Source: Bugula neritina
Lineage: Eukaryota > Animalia > Bryozoa
Direction of reading: 5' to 3'
DNA length: 64,000 nucleotides
Assembly: GCA_964035545.1 (NCBI GenBank)
Contig: OZ037772.1
Span: 6,680,889-6,744,888 of the forward strand
How positions within the stretch are numbered: the stretch's first letter is position 1; the number at the start of each line of letters is the position of its first letter. Positions 12,084 to 25,899 of this stretch are shown here, piece by piece. The translations under genes were made by a program, and so were the position numbers. The notes beneath the pieces are model-generated. The model saw nothing but the letters and a program-made list of their open reading frames with translations. It ran no database searches and was not told the origin of the DNA.

Positions 12084-14025
12084 TTTTACATTATTTTTAG
12101 TTTAAAATAGATTGAGTCGCAGATAACTGAATTACAAGAATTGAAAATTTAATTCTGTTTAATGTAATGGATAGGGCATTTCTGTTGATAGAGTATACAC
12201 AACTAAAACAATAATGAGCGGATTGTGGCGAATAATATGTGTTTTCTGTTATGATAGTTTAGAGAAAAATAAAGATGGCTGCCCAGCAACTAACAGAATG
12301 GTATGAGTGTGGTTATTGTGTCTCTAAGAGAGATGACATGAGAGATCCAAGAGAGCTGCCTTGTCAGCATGTATTCTGTTTGAGTTGTATTCAAGGACAT
12401 TACAGTAAACATAGAACTGTGACCTGCCCTATTAACACTTGTGGGTAAGTACTATGTATATACTGATCGTGTCTTTAAAGTACTTATGTTGTAGTAATAC
12501 TATTAACAAAAGAGTTCTTAGTTGTCTTTGTAAATCTATATGTGTTGACTTTGAACTACTTATTGTAAACTTCATGTGCTTACTCTCAGCTAATTTGCAA
12601 AAGACTACAATCTGTGAACTTGGATGTTTAATAATTTTAGGGTTTTACTCAAAATTAAATTTATAAAGATTAAAATTAAAAAGTACATTTTTACACACAT
12701 GCAAACATATTATTATTGTATGAGATTGAAAAGAGGCTTAAATACTACGAAAAACAGATAAGAATGATTTCATCAGTGTCATAGCAAAATTAATTTGTTT
12801 ATACAGGATTGCTAAATTTATTTGCGTATTTTTTTTTCAAAATCTCAACACTAATCAATTTTAGAGAAGTGTATGAATCAATAGAGTTTGAAAGTCTGCC
12901 AAAGATTACCATAGCAGTATGTTACTGTGTGACATGCAAAGACAAGTTCTGTTCTCATCATCAGCAGGTAAAATTATATTCTCTCTTAGTCTCATATAAA
13001 ATAGGGATGTGAGCAAATAGTATTTAAACTATTTATAGTGCATTTTGATAAACAATTTCAGTTTATAGTTATAATTTTGTAACCATATGGAATGGTCATA
13101 TTGAAAATTGAAGTCTGAAATGCAACAGTGGATGAAAAAGTTCTTATGGTAAAATCATTTACTTTTCATTTCACCTTTATATATCAAAAAGATGCTTGTA
13201 TTACAGAGTTGCTCCTCTTGGTTGTTTTAAAACATGTAACTGACCAATTTCTTCTACTAATTGAATTTATAGAAGCGTTTTTTGTTCGTTATATGGAGAT
13301 AGTATATTAAAATAATGCAAAGTAAAGTTGAGTCTATTAAACAGCACTTGTTACTGCTCATCTCTTCATTTAAATGGTTCACTTATACTTATAATCAGCT
13401 GAAAAGAGCATATATTTTAGATTAAAGTTAATGATAATTTTTAATTATGTGTCTAGCTTTTGAAGTGATGCTTTGAAGTTGGAAGCAGAATACATTGTTG
13501 AAAGAAATTGGTCCGTTTTTGAATGTGCACTCCGTAGTAAGTCATTGACTGCACATGACAAATACACTGTAAATTATACAACAATAAGCTAAATGTCTCA
13601 TGTGATCATATACATAGCGCAGACATTTTTTAAAAATATGCTTCTGCTTTTTCAACAACTTTAATAAAGTCACTTCAAAAAAATACTATCTCACATTCTA
13701 GGTGCATCAGACACTTCATAGTGATTCTCACAAGGTCGTGGGCATTGATGTCTACAAGAGATCACCTGCTAGTTATGACAAACCAATATGTGAACATCAT
13801 CAAGAGGTTCTAGTAAAAGCTTGTAAGAAATGTGACAAACTGATCTGCTTTGAGTGTGAGATAGATGGCTATGACTGCACAAGTGAGTAGCGAAGTGTAC
13901 ACATATAAAACAGATAAATTAAACTTAGAGTATTGTTGGTTGCAATACAAATTGATGCCGCTTATTTAAACAAATGAAATTATACTTGACTTTGCTGTTG
14001 TTTTTTTAAAGAATAAGCTAACATA

Positions 14026-14321
14026 GTGTAATGGATTCTCATCCTCTATATCAGTTCTGAAATAACTGCAATTTGTGGTCCAAGTCTTGGCTCTGCCAAA
14101 TTTTGGAGCTGCCAAATTTCGGACCACAAAAGCTCCTTTGTCTACATGTTCTCTTGTTCTCTGTGTATAAAAGCAGGCGAGTTCCAGTGTAGATTCAGTC
14201 TACTACTAGAGCTCGCCTGGGTAAGTCAAAGTTATTTCTGCTACAATAAAACATTTTGAACTCTACTACCTCAACTTTTCTTGTTCTGCACTAAGTTACA
14301 TTCAACCCACAAGTTTATCAC
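14026..14321 (+). mobile_element. Internally deleted solo LTR (same insertion as 50576-51059)
   Basis: TGTAATGG...TATCACA ends with TATAAAA and AATAAA inside. About 190 bp shorter than the copy in E. Confidence 0.6.
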
Positions 14322-15198
14322 AATATTTATAAAGTTTAAGTTGTGAGATTTTTCCACCTTTTAATGGTTGTTACAGTTATATTACATGTGCTCAGCCAAC
14401 AACAAATAAAAAAAATACAGCTTATATGTAGACTACTGAATGTCAGTCTAGTAACAGTTCCTTCTTCACTGACATTCATATCTGAACATGAGACAAATGG
14501 TCAGTGTGTGGCAGCTCATCACAGACAAGATGGTGACATACTCATAGGTACTGCTAATAGAATACAGTTACTGAGTAGAGATGGTAATGATCTGAGTGAA
14601 TACAGTACAAGTGAGAAGAGAGTAACAGGAGTGATTGAGACTCCTCAGAATGTCTTCATTCTACACAGAAAAGGTGACGTATCTAAGGTAGAGATGTGCT
14701 TAGCTGGTGACATCACAAAGAGACAACAGCTGTTTCAGTTTGATAGAACAAGTGCTATTGCAGCAGTAATGGCAGTCTCTGACAGATATGTTGTGGTGAA
14801 TCATCCAGATACTGGACAGCTGATCATCTATGACTTTATCACTAAACAGACAGAGACTATTCATCCTGATGTGTATCCACTTGGTCTACACTTTTTACCA
14901 GACGGTCATCTGCTAGGAGCTGGTGGATATAAACTGATGAAGTACAAAGTAGAGAATGGAAAGCTGACTACAGTCTGGACATGTGATGGTGTAACAGATG
15001 GATACAGTGTCTGTACAGATTCTAATGGTCTCATCTATGTTTCTGGAAAATTCCTAAAATCAATTTACATCATTTCTTCATCAGGTACTGCTTGTAATAA
15101 ACGCCAATTAAGATATTTGATGTGGGGAATATAAATATAAAACTTGATGAAAGCTTCTGAATGTAGGAGCTGGCTGAATCAAAGTATATATTGAATAT

Positions 15199-15624
15199 GA
15201 GTCATTTTACTTCATTTAGTACAAATCAGCAGATTGTGATTACCTAGCATTAAAGTTTGTCCAAAATCTATTAAAATTTACCATAAATGATGTTTAAGTG
15301 CTAGTTTTAATTACATGCATAACAGAAAAGACTGAAAAATAATTTCCCAACATTAAAGCAGCAGTCATTATTATATGCACTAAATGTTTTCTTTGTGCAA
15401 TTGTCCCAAAAACTGTGACATTCGCAAATCCAAGCTACCTAAATAATTAGGAAAAAACATGGGAAATTAAGCAAAATTAAAAGCAAGTTTGATTATTCAG
15501 TTGTATTTATGAATAGGCTATTAGTTTTGAGTGCAAACCCATATATATACATAATTAGCAAATAAATTGGGAAAAATAGCTAAAAACTGGAGATTTGGAA
15601 TCCCTAAATTTAATAAAATGACCC
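15199..15624. mobile_element. MITE (same family as 9939-10359) in intron 6 of copy B
   Basis: GAGTCATTTTACTTCATTTAG...CTAAATTTAATAAAATGACCC, ATAT target duplication on both sides. Confidence 0.8.
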
Positions 15625-17832
15625 ATATGAGGTTGGTGTGAACTCATCTTATGAAGAATGTTAATTTTTTCAATATATTTTTCCTATGACAATATATTAG
15701 ACTCTAGTGTATTCAATACTAATTTTTCTGTATATACTTTACCAATGCTTGATATAGAGGACTAATATAATGTTTGGCTTCCTAGAGTATTGCTCATATA
15801 TGTACAGCATATTATTTTCTTTTGTTATATTATACTTAGTGTAATTCAGCATCATCGTAGTATATTTCTTTATACGTGTATACATGTATTAAACAGGTGT
15901 TCTTCTCAAGAAACTGACTAATAGTAAGCTGCCATCTGAATTTGCTGGAGTACCAAGTATCAGAGATGGAATACTGGCTGTACCTGGTTGGGGAGATGAG
16001 AAAGTGTATCTTTTCAACATGCAGTAGAAACTTCAAGCACTGTAAAGTTGAACAATTCAATAGTTCCTGTTTCAAACAATTATTTATCTGTATTATCCAA
16101 ACCAATTTCTGTCCTCTATCTAAAAATTAATAACTTATATCCTACTGTCACTTCATATATATAAGATTATCAATAATCATTTCGGTGGATAGACAAGTGT
16201 TAATAACAAATTTTATCATAATTACATTTGATAACAATTTCCAAAACAATTCAATTATATTGTCGTGTTTTTGAATTATACAAGATTGTTAACAATTATT
16301 CCTGCAGAAATGTATATTTAATTATACCATTGTCACAACGTTTCAACAGAAAATAATTTCAAATGCTATTATACTCCACCAACTAATATTTTATGCTGGT
16401 TATTTTGCTTGAGTTTTCACTTTTACATTTATTAAAACACTGCTATATAATTTTGAATTTCTATGCATTTATAGACACCATTCATAAATCAAATATGTTA
16501 ACATTGTTGTAATATGTTAAAACATATTTTGTAAAAAAGAAAGATTTTATCTAGTTGACCTTACCAACCATGCATGCACATTAGTTGATATAACTGAAAT
16601 ATGTTGTATTTGTTATAATGAGTAGTATATCTTTACTTGCTAATCTATTTATAAATTGCAAGATTTGTTCTTTCATCAAGCTAAATGATAATATTGTCCA
16701 ATCAAGTTCAGCGGAAAGCTACAATGTTTAAAACAATGCCGAAAAATACAGCAGTATAAATAGAAGTTTGATGCATTTTAAAAAAGTGGAAACATACAGA
16801 TATAAATGCATGTGCTTCTTTCAGCACAGTTTCTTTCTACAATTGCTGAGAACACACAATACCAAGATATATTATATATTATACTACGAAATACCACATT
16901 CTTCAGAAAAGCACAAAAGGGGTTCTATAATAACTATATAAAGTGCATTGGAATTTTTACTGCAAAGCAGTAGCACTAATGGTAGAAATTATTCTGTTAT
17001 AAGTTACCGAAGAATTAGAAATTGTTGTGTTACGATGCCATGCATGAACACATGATTATATTAGCTTGCAGTTCTATGAAGTTTTTTTATTATTGCGTGG
17101 AATTGTTTAAAAAAAGTAAAAAAGCTATTTATATAAATAAACGCTAAATAAAAGTGTAGTTTATTATTTTATAAGCACATGGTAAGCTTTATATAGGCAC
17201 AGTAAAATGTATTTTATTTTTTATCCAATAAATAGTTTGGCTGTGTGTGAAACATGCATAATTCGTGATCATTGGGTGGCTCAAAATATGCAAGATTAGC
17301 TACAGACTAACATAAAATTACAGTTATACATTACATAATTATCAATTGGCAAAAGCTTGCTATAGTAACATCAGTCTTTTTTGCTCATTGTTATACTCAC
17401 AATAGCATAAAAGAACACATTACATATTGTATCATAACATTATTCGACAGATTGAATACAATTATTGTTTTTGGCAACAAGAATACTGAACTGTGGTTAC
17501 TGTAGCTCTCAGCTTGTACTGAATATACAAAGGTTATGCTGTATAATTTATCATTGTCTCAAACAGCTCCTCTTGTATATTTGTAAAGCAGTAACAGCAA
17601 AGCCTTCCATACAGATGCTGAAGAGAAACTAATTGATTTCTTAGGACTCTTATAACTGAATGCTTGCAATTATATACAAAAACATCAATATGTTTTGTAC
17701 AATAAAATTCTAAGCCAGCATTATTACGATCAAAGCTAAACATGATAAATATGGATACAATTTTGCATATTACAAAGTGCAGTGAGTTCAGAGGAGACAA
17801 AAGAACCTACTAGAAGGCAAAAAGTTATTGTT

Positions 17833-17990
17833 TGATAAAATGAAACTGACTACCATTTTATATGTAAGTTACTCCTTCAACTGTTTTGTGCTCCAGTATA
17901 GCTACATACCATCTACTGTATCACTCCACTGCTTACTGCTCTAGTATAACTATAAATCAAATACTGTATCTCTGAGTGAGGGAGGCGTGT
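17833..17990 (+). promoter_or_regulatory. Module M2 (donor position reads AG|GCGTGT)
   Basis: GATAAAATGAAACTGAC plus the conserved body. The GTGAG donor is altered. Confidence 0.4.
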
Positions 17991-19442
17991 TAAAACTGTA
18001 ACATGTTTTTTTCCATATTCTACTTGACTTCTTTTGAGGTTGAGGTATGGATATGCTCTGGTGATTGGCAATTCATAATTCTTCCTACAAATTGTCTATT
18101 TATAAATCTTGATGTCATATTTCCGATTTAGTCTTGGTTTTGATTTTTCCTATATTATCATATTATATCAATTTCTTTGTATATTAAACTTGGACTGCAT
18201 ATGTTTTTCTTTTCATTTTAACTAAGGACACTTAGATCAGAGTTGTGATTCTAATCTTTTAGTTTAATAAAATTGGGGCAACGTATTGCTTCTTTTATCT
18301 CATAATTTGCTTGTGAAATGCACTTTTGAACAGAAAACAAAGTATAATAAGTTTCAGAAAATGCCTAAATATTGACATTCAATAATTCATAATTAATTTA
18401 ATAAATAAATGATGCTTTGCTATTAACATGCGGCCATTGTAACAAAACATTTTATAGCTATCTGACTTATAGTATGAGTATGACTATCTAGTAGAAACTG
18501 ATACACTTGTGTTTTATTTAAAAAATATAGAAGCTGCAAACTATATTTGCAATTAGTAAAAAAAGCGGAAAAATTGTATTAGAATATTATTGGCTATAAA
18601 TTGAATACAGATGATTAATAGTGATGCAAAAATCATTCTTATAACTTAAATATTGTAGAAAGAATTGAAAAAAACATAGAGAACGCGTTGAAATATTGAT
18701 TCATTGTTGTTGAAACTAATTACGTAGCTGCAGTATTTAAATACAGATGTCATCATAATATTGTCTCCCCAACATTTGGAAGTTGATGGTTTATAAAATG
18801 TTCTACCAACATTATGTAAGCACATAAAATAAATATTTGCACAATGCTGCATAGGTGTGTAATGCTGCTGGTATAAAATGTTGTGAGTCAACATCAATAT
18901 ACTATAAAGTGTAGACATAATATGTTATAGATATCAAACAATGTTTTGAGAAACGTTGCCAACAAAGTTGTTCCATCATTTTGTCAACAACTCTGTAGGA
19001 CTGTTGCTATATGATATAGCATGAAATGTATGCAAGATTTAGAAAAAAAACTTTGTAAAGCACTGTTATTAAATCATCTATGTTCACCTCTCAGCTGACA
19101 ATGTTGGCAGATATATTGTTTTCTAATCAATGTGGTAAAATATGAATATTGTAATTTATTATTTTGTGTGGTTTAATGATGTCATGGTTCAAAAACTATG
19201 AGCAAATATTACAGAAATTTGCAGAAATTCTATAGTGCCTTGTTATCTAGATCTTTGAAGATGAGATAATTGGTTTTGAGTGTGCTCTAAAATATTTTAT
19301 TGCAAACAAGCACTCTTGTTAGGACTCAAGCATGGAGGTTACTCTTTCCTGGAATTTGCTTATCACATCATGTTTTTGCAATGCATGAATTTTACTATAT
19401 GGCTGTCACGTTTGCGTCGAAATCACTAGAAGATTTCAGAAT

Positions 19443-19990
19443 CTGTAATATTGTGTCTAAACCTCTGCTGAAAAAAGTACCGAGTTTCAATGAATAATGC
19501 TTGTGCGGGTACCCTTTTTTATAGTCAAACTGAAAATCATTGAAATCATATTGATGCGGAAGCACACTTTCAAAAATTGAAATCTTACCCGGCTAATCGC
19601 TATTTGATGCCCTTTGTAAACATCGTGGCTCGGCTAATCGCTATTTGATGCCCTTTGTAAACATCGTGAATTAGGGAAGTTGACAGCATAAAAGCGATAG
19701 TTGAGAAAGCGTAGGCAATATAATTATTAACATATTATAAGTACCTCATCATATTGCCAAAGTGATAGCTAAATAACAATGCTTACAAAGGGTTATTACT
19801 CTTTTTGAGTATTATTCTGAAAATGGCCGATTACGTTCTCACAGTACAAAAAATTTACGAGTGGCTTTTACAATGCAAATTTCAACTTGGCCAAATTGTA
19901 TTTCTGACTGAAATCGTGAAGCTATGAAGGCAACTTAAGTAATCGAGACATATTTCTAACCACTTTTTAATAGAGAGTAGTATATACACT
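19443..19990. mobile_element. ~550-bp insertion of unknown class with an internal 38-bp duplication
   Basis: Absent from the paralogous region (~10795-10830). cggctaatcgctatttgatgccctttgtaaacatcgtg occurs twice (19590-19627, 19631-19668). Ends not resolved. Confidence 0.4.
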
Positions 19991-20631
19991 GTAGTGTTAG
20001 TTTGTAATAGTTTTAACTCGCATTCAGTAACTGGCTTTAATTTGTTCTTTTCACCCAGTCTTTTGTGTTATTTTACTATAATTATAATTTTAAAGTATAG
20101 CCCTTGTTCCCTTTGTTTGTTGTAGCCATATTTGCATCCTCTTTATATTATTGATAATAAAACATTTTGTAGTATTGCTTAGCATCACCTGGGTTTAAGG
20201 GCTAAGCAGTTGAACAACATGATTTACTCATCTCCAACTTAAGACAGTAATTCTACCAGATTACAATAATGATACAAAGGTTAATCAGTGTCGCTATAGC
20301 AAAGTAAGTAAATACTATGTCATAAAACTGGTGGTTATAGGCAACTTCCTTTGCTATCATTTGCAATGGGTTCAGTATAAAGCTATAGCTTGGGTAAAAA
20401 GTTGTCTTCTTGAAGATTTCATGATCAGCATATACTGAAACACAGCAAACTTCTTCGACCACCAAATTATTTTCTCTATTTTTACGATGACTACTAAAAA
20501 TAGAACAGGTTAAAAAGGTGCTGGAAATAACGGCACAAGTGATAATAGCAGAAAAAGTAGATAAAACTGCAGCACTTCTTTAATACTGTTGGTTGGGCTT
20601 TGGAGAAATTTAACATATTAACATGTATCTC

Positions 20632-20843
<212 letters not shown>

Positions 20844-20954
20844 TTTTATGCATACTCAGTTTAGATGCATATTTAACCTAAGGAACTCCCACATTTGAAA
20901 TTCCTTTGTAATCAGAGGTTATGTTGCAGCACACTATATTTACATAATTATGAT

Positions 20955-21137
20955 AAGAACAAAGGCTATAAAACTGACAAAATGAAACTTCCTGTTACTC
21001 CCCCTGCCCTTCGCACACTTAACTGCTTACCGCTCTATTATAACCATCTACTAACTACCCACTGCATCAGTTCACTACTTACTGCTCCAGTATAACCACC
21101 TACTATAGCTACTGCGACATTGCATACAAAGGTGAGT
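20955..21137 (+). promoter_or_regulatory. Module M3
   Basis: aagaacaaaggctat...AAAATGAAACTT, ctccagtataac body, AG|GTGAGT donor at 21132. Confidence 0.45.
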
Positions 21138-21246
21138 AGAAACCATGTCTTTGTTTACAATATCAATAGCTGACTTTGTAGTCTATATGCAGTTTGAAAA
21201 TAGTCACTGTGTGTCTGTCTGTGCTAACATGTACACATGTGGCTTC

Positions 21247-21339
21247 TGTCTCTCCCTCTCTCTCCCCTTTTACGCTCTCTCTCTCTCTCCCCCTCTCTCT
21301 CTCTATCTCTCAATTTTTTTTCTTTCTATCTTTCTGTAT

Positions 21340-21393
<54 letters not shown>
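21247..21393. repeat. (CT)n microsatellite
   Basis: Compound CT repeats. Confidence 0.95.
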
Positions 21394-21394
<1 letters not shown>

Positions 21395-23639
21395 ATACCA
21401 TATTCTGCAGCTTACACTCAGAGAGATTTAGATATATTGCTAACCAGTTAATATATTTAACTTTGTTGTTTTCTTACAACATAACAAGTAATATAGCTAA
21501 GATACCGGGAAATTATTTATAGATACTAAAAAGCAGTGTTTGAAAAACTGGTGACCCTATCCACTGCTAATGTTGAAAGGTCAACAGCAATGTAGGTTCT
21601 GTATATGTATATGACTGTGACCTATTCTAATTTCAGAGTGCATTGTGATATAATCACGTTACAAAATACAAAGGCCATAAAATGATTGGGAGAATGAAAT
21701 GAAACTTCATTCTGTTTACTGCTCTACTTGCTACTCTGCTAGTATAACTACATCCTAACTACAGCAGCACATGACTACTTCCCATAACTCTAGTATTGTA
21801 ATGGCATAGGGAATGTATGCCCTTCATTCATCTGGCACATAAACACTTACATGCAAAGCTTAAGTGTATTATAGTCATATAGGTATTATAACATTCCCTT
21901 CGTAATGCTCGGGCTAACATTGTAAAATACCGCACTCTCTGCAGTAGTGGCGCAGGGTTCCCACCGTCGGAACATACCGGCCAATCCAAAGACAGCCTCT
22001 CCTTATAAGGCGGGCCTCACAGACGTCCTGACTCATTTTACGTTTTTAGACGTCTTATAGAGCTCACTACTGTATTGAATCTCTGTGTTATATATTTCTT
22101 CATATTGATGTAGTCTTTTATAATTAGTGTTTCAAATATATCTATTCATTCAACCATAACAACTACTCGGTTCTCTCCAGCAAACCTCGAATAAAGGTTA
22201 TGCTGTAGCAGTGCAAACACCGAATATAATCCACACTGGTAGTAATCCGCAAAACTAGAAAAGTGGTGGCAGCGGTGAGATAATTATGTGTAGATACAAC
22301 TGCGACTACTCTGTATGGAAAGATGATTATCGATGGCTAAAGCTGGACAATAAAGTGCCAAAAGAGAAGCTGTCAGTGGAGAAACAGAACCACTGTTGGA
22401 GCCCGCAAAACTGACAAAGACTGCAAGCCCTTTTGAAGGTGAGCCCAAAACTCTTGAGAGTCAGAATAATCCGATACTGCGGGTGAGGAGGCAGATAGCG
22501 AAATATCTGGTGAGAGACACTTTCTGAAAGCCCCCGTCTCTAATGTTAGTGAAGCTGTAGAGCAATTTCTTTAAGAGTTTAGCAACTTGATGACTGTCTC
22601 TAAGTGACCGCCTAGGGCTGTACTCTTACAACTGTGGTTGAGAATCGCCGTCCACAGCATTTTTGCTGCCCTATGAGCCCAATTTGGCCTATCAGCTATT
22701 GACACTAGGGTTTGCTGTCAAGGGTTGTGACGCAAACCGTGCACACTCTTGCAAAAGCAGGCAGCCACGGTTAAACTGTTGGCACAAACCGCACATAGCG
22801 AATTGTCACCGACAAACCGGGAGCGTTACAACTCTGATGCCACTGTGCAATCATTGGGCGACTTAAAACTCCACCACCAATTCCTGGCAAAAAGAGGCAA
22901 AGCAAGGTGAGGGAAAGTGAGGTTTATTTGCAGGCTAAACAGTTGCACAGGAGACGTATGAGCTCTCATCAGATTGGGACGAAATTACGGGGCCCACCCG
23001 AGTCTGAACTGACCACTCACGTAGCCGTAACTGCAAGCCCTTCTTTAGCTGCTGAACCAGCTTACATGGTGGAGGTAGCAAAATAATTAGTGGTGGGACT
23101 TGCACAGTTCTAGAAGGCTGGCCTGCTCAGAGACTTAAGAGATCAAAGCAGACTTTGCCTTCGGATGGGTTACTGCATGTTGAGAATGAGGTAGTTGCAG
23201 ACGTCTTTGCAGGGAGTGTCTGCAAGTCTTGCAACAGGAGTTAAGCCACCTCAGCCCAAAGCTTCATTTGCCAGTCGCAGGCCAGAGGTAAATCACTGGT
23301 TAAGGGAAAGCTATTTAAAATCCCCAAGGATGTCACGAGCGCCCCCAATCAAATGGCAGGTGCCAAGGAGGACTGGCAAGCCGTATGACAGGCCTGTTGC
23401 TCCACTCAACCTGGCCACGTCAGAAAAATTTTAACGGACTGCAAAAAGAGTGGTCTGATAAAGAGGTCAGGCAGGACCATAAGTTTGCAAATGTGCCTCT
23501 GCAACCTCTGAGACCATCTCGTAGCCGTTGGACGCAGGCCTCGCCCAAACTCAAGGCTCCAGAAGTGTTACATTTAGAGGTCGAGAGCGCTCAGAGAATT
23601 AAAGTACAACTCTATGGCAGCAGCCATTTCTTGCTAGAC

Positions 23640-24720
23640 AAAATAGCGGGCAGAGCTGTTACCATCCTGCTGGATTCAGGATGTACTACGAACCTTTTGA
23701 GACGCCGACTCTTCGACACACTCAGCATAAAAGACCAGGCGGCCTGGGAATTATGGCATGTTGGCGGACAGGTCATTGATTATTTTGGCATCAATGAGCT
23801 TGCTGGTAGAATTCGATATTAGGCAATTAGTAAGGCATTTATCGTCAGCCAGCTCAAGGAAGACGCTATCCTTGGGAGGAATGCGGGAATAACAGGGAAT
23901 GCCTGATAATGGTGCAGTTACTTAGTGAGGACAAAGACGTGTTCAGCAGGGGGCACCATGACGTGGGCTTGACCAAGACTATCCATCATGAAATTCCTCT
24001 GGCTGCGAAAATGGTCCCAATTCAGCAAGCTAGCTGCGGGTTGGGCTGGGAGAGGAAGAAGGAGGTGAGCCGGTAAGTCCACAACCTTCCGGACCGTGAC
24101 CTGATAGAGCCTGCCCACGGAAGACGCATGTGAGCTGGCAATTTTGTGTGGATTACCACAAGTTGAACAGCGTTACCATACAGGACACATGTCCCTTTCT
24201 GTATTGATGAGTCCCTAGACACTCTGACCGGTAGCAAGTACTTCAGTACGCTAGAATTGCTGAACGGGCACGTGCAGGTGCCTCTCAGTCCTGATGCTCA
24301 GGACAAGATCGAGTTCATCACCAGTGATGGGCTCTAGAAATGGAAATTGTTACCATTTGGGTTCACCTCAGCTCCGGCAGTGTTTTAAAGACTCATGGAG
24401 TAGGTTCTTAGTGAGCTGCACTGGGAAACCTTGCTCATCTACCTTGATGACATCATCATGATCTCCCCAGAATTTACGACTCACTTCAGCGATTTGTGAG
24501 AAGTTTCCGAGAGGCTTCGAGGAGCCGGTCTAAAACTGAAACTTTCCAAGTGCGCTCTGTTACAGCTGGAGGTTAAATAACTGGGCTATGTTGTTGGCCG
24601 GGACAGTGTAGCTACCGACCGCGATAGGGTGCGGGCAGTGGAAAACTGGGCTACCCCTTAGTATCTCACAGGACTACATCTTTTCCTGGGGCTAGTAGGT
24701 ACCACCGGCAGTGCATACTG
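23640..24720 (+). pseudogene. pol: Gypsy pol remnant (aspartic protease + reverse transcriptase)
   Basis: DSG protease motif. IDESLDTLTGSKYFSTLEL...KLLPFGFTSAPAVF*RLME*VL...LLIYLDDII. RNase H and integrase mostly missing. Confidence 0.88.
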
Positions 24721-25899
24721 GACTCTGTGGAGATAGCGCAGCCCTTAAATTGGCTAAACACAATGGGGGCCTACCGGCAACCGCTGTCCACTCGCCAGGA
24801 CATTGTATTTGATTGTTTGCAAAGCGACAACATAAAGCAAGGTGGAAGTCGCCACAGTGAGCCACTGCGGGCGGTGTGGGAGTTGTGCGACCAACAGAAA
24901 ATTTTTTTCTGAACAAAAAAAAGTGAAGTAATGGGGGGGAGTAATTATACCTATAACACAAAGGTCACACCACTTGCAGCAACCAAGCTGCCCAGCCTTT
25001 TCATGTTCAACAGTCGATAGAACTAGATGTTCGCTGACTGTTAACCCTTACGCGATCAATGGACCATACATGTCCTTGAAAGCGACACTATCCACAGATC
25101 AATGGACGATATATGGTCTTTCACGTATACAAACAATAGCGCTTACTTCAAACCTCTAGTTTTCAACTGAATGGCCTAAAAGTTTTTGTAATTTATGTTG
25201 ATGGTGCAGCTTAGTAATTTTGAGATAATTATAGCCAATAAATTGTATTAAAAGAATAGCTACCAAGCCAGCTATTTGCTTTTCAATTTAATGCCTGAAT
25301 TTCAAAATTGTCGGTAAAATTTTATGCTACTTTCAAATGCAACAAACTGCTATCAACTTATATAGAGCCAGTTTATTTTATTCAGAATAAAGTTAGAAGA
25401 ACATCTAAATAGATAGAAATGTTGAAATCACAATATTTTGAATCATATTTTAAATTTATTTTATCATTTTCAATTTTCAATTTTTAAACGGCGGGTTTGA
25501 GCGGTCAAATTAAAATGACTGATTTTAGTTAGAGTTTCGATCTCCTGTCACTTTTAAAAGTTTTTTATAATAGAAAATACACTTAAAATTATAATACCCA
25601 GTTTATTTAAGGCCAAAATCTAGTGTAACTTTTCAATAATGAAATTGAAACTTACTCAAAATTTGCTAACACATTTTGCGATAAACTCAAACGAGCCATA
25701 AAATTACGCAACTTCAAAGTTGATCGCGAAAGGGAGAAAATAATAATTATTTTTAATTATTCAAGTATAAATTTAAATGCTGGTATTGGGGGTAAAACAC
25801 TCAAATTAAGTTGTTCTATAATTATAAAGACTGATCTGATGTCAGTTCAGTTCGACTCAGTCAATCAGTTTGAGTTAGACTTAGTGAAGACTTTGACAA

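Larger units (their letters stand above)
12275..16027 (+). pseudogene. TRIM-like gene copy B, internally deleted (half of B-box1, both coiled-coil exons and the propeller acceptor missing)
   Basis: Exons 12275-12444 (RING), 12865-12967 (B-box1, 57 nt shorter), 13702-13882 (B-box2), 14428-15084 (propeller, acceptor deleted) and 15897-16027 (...VYLFNMQ*). No stops in the remaining exons. Confidence 0.8.

Noticed and set aside
14343-14427. Signal-peptide-like N-terminus MRFFHLLMVVTVILHVLS on the copy B propeller ORF
   Set aside because: Starts at GTG and is intron-3 sequence (same as ~51080-51164 in E) joined in frame by the deletion. A downstream ATG and a nearby solo LTR exist, but nothing shows use.
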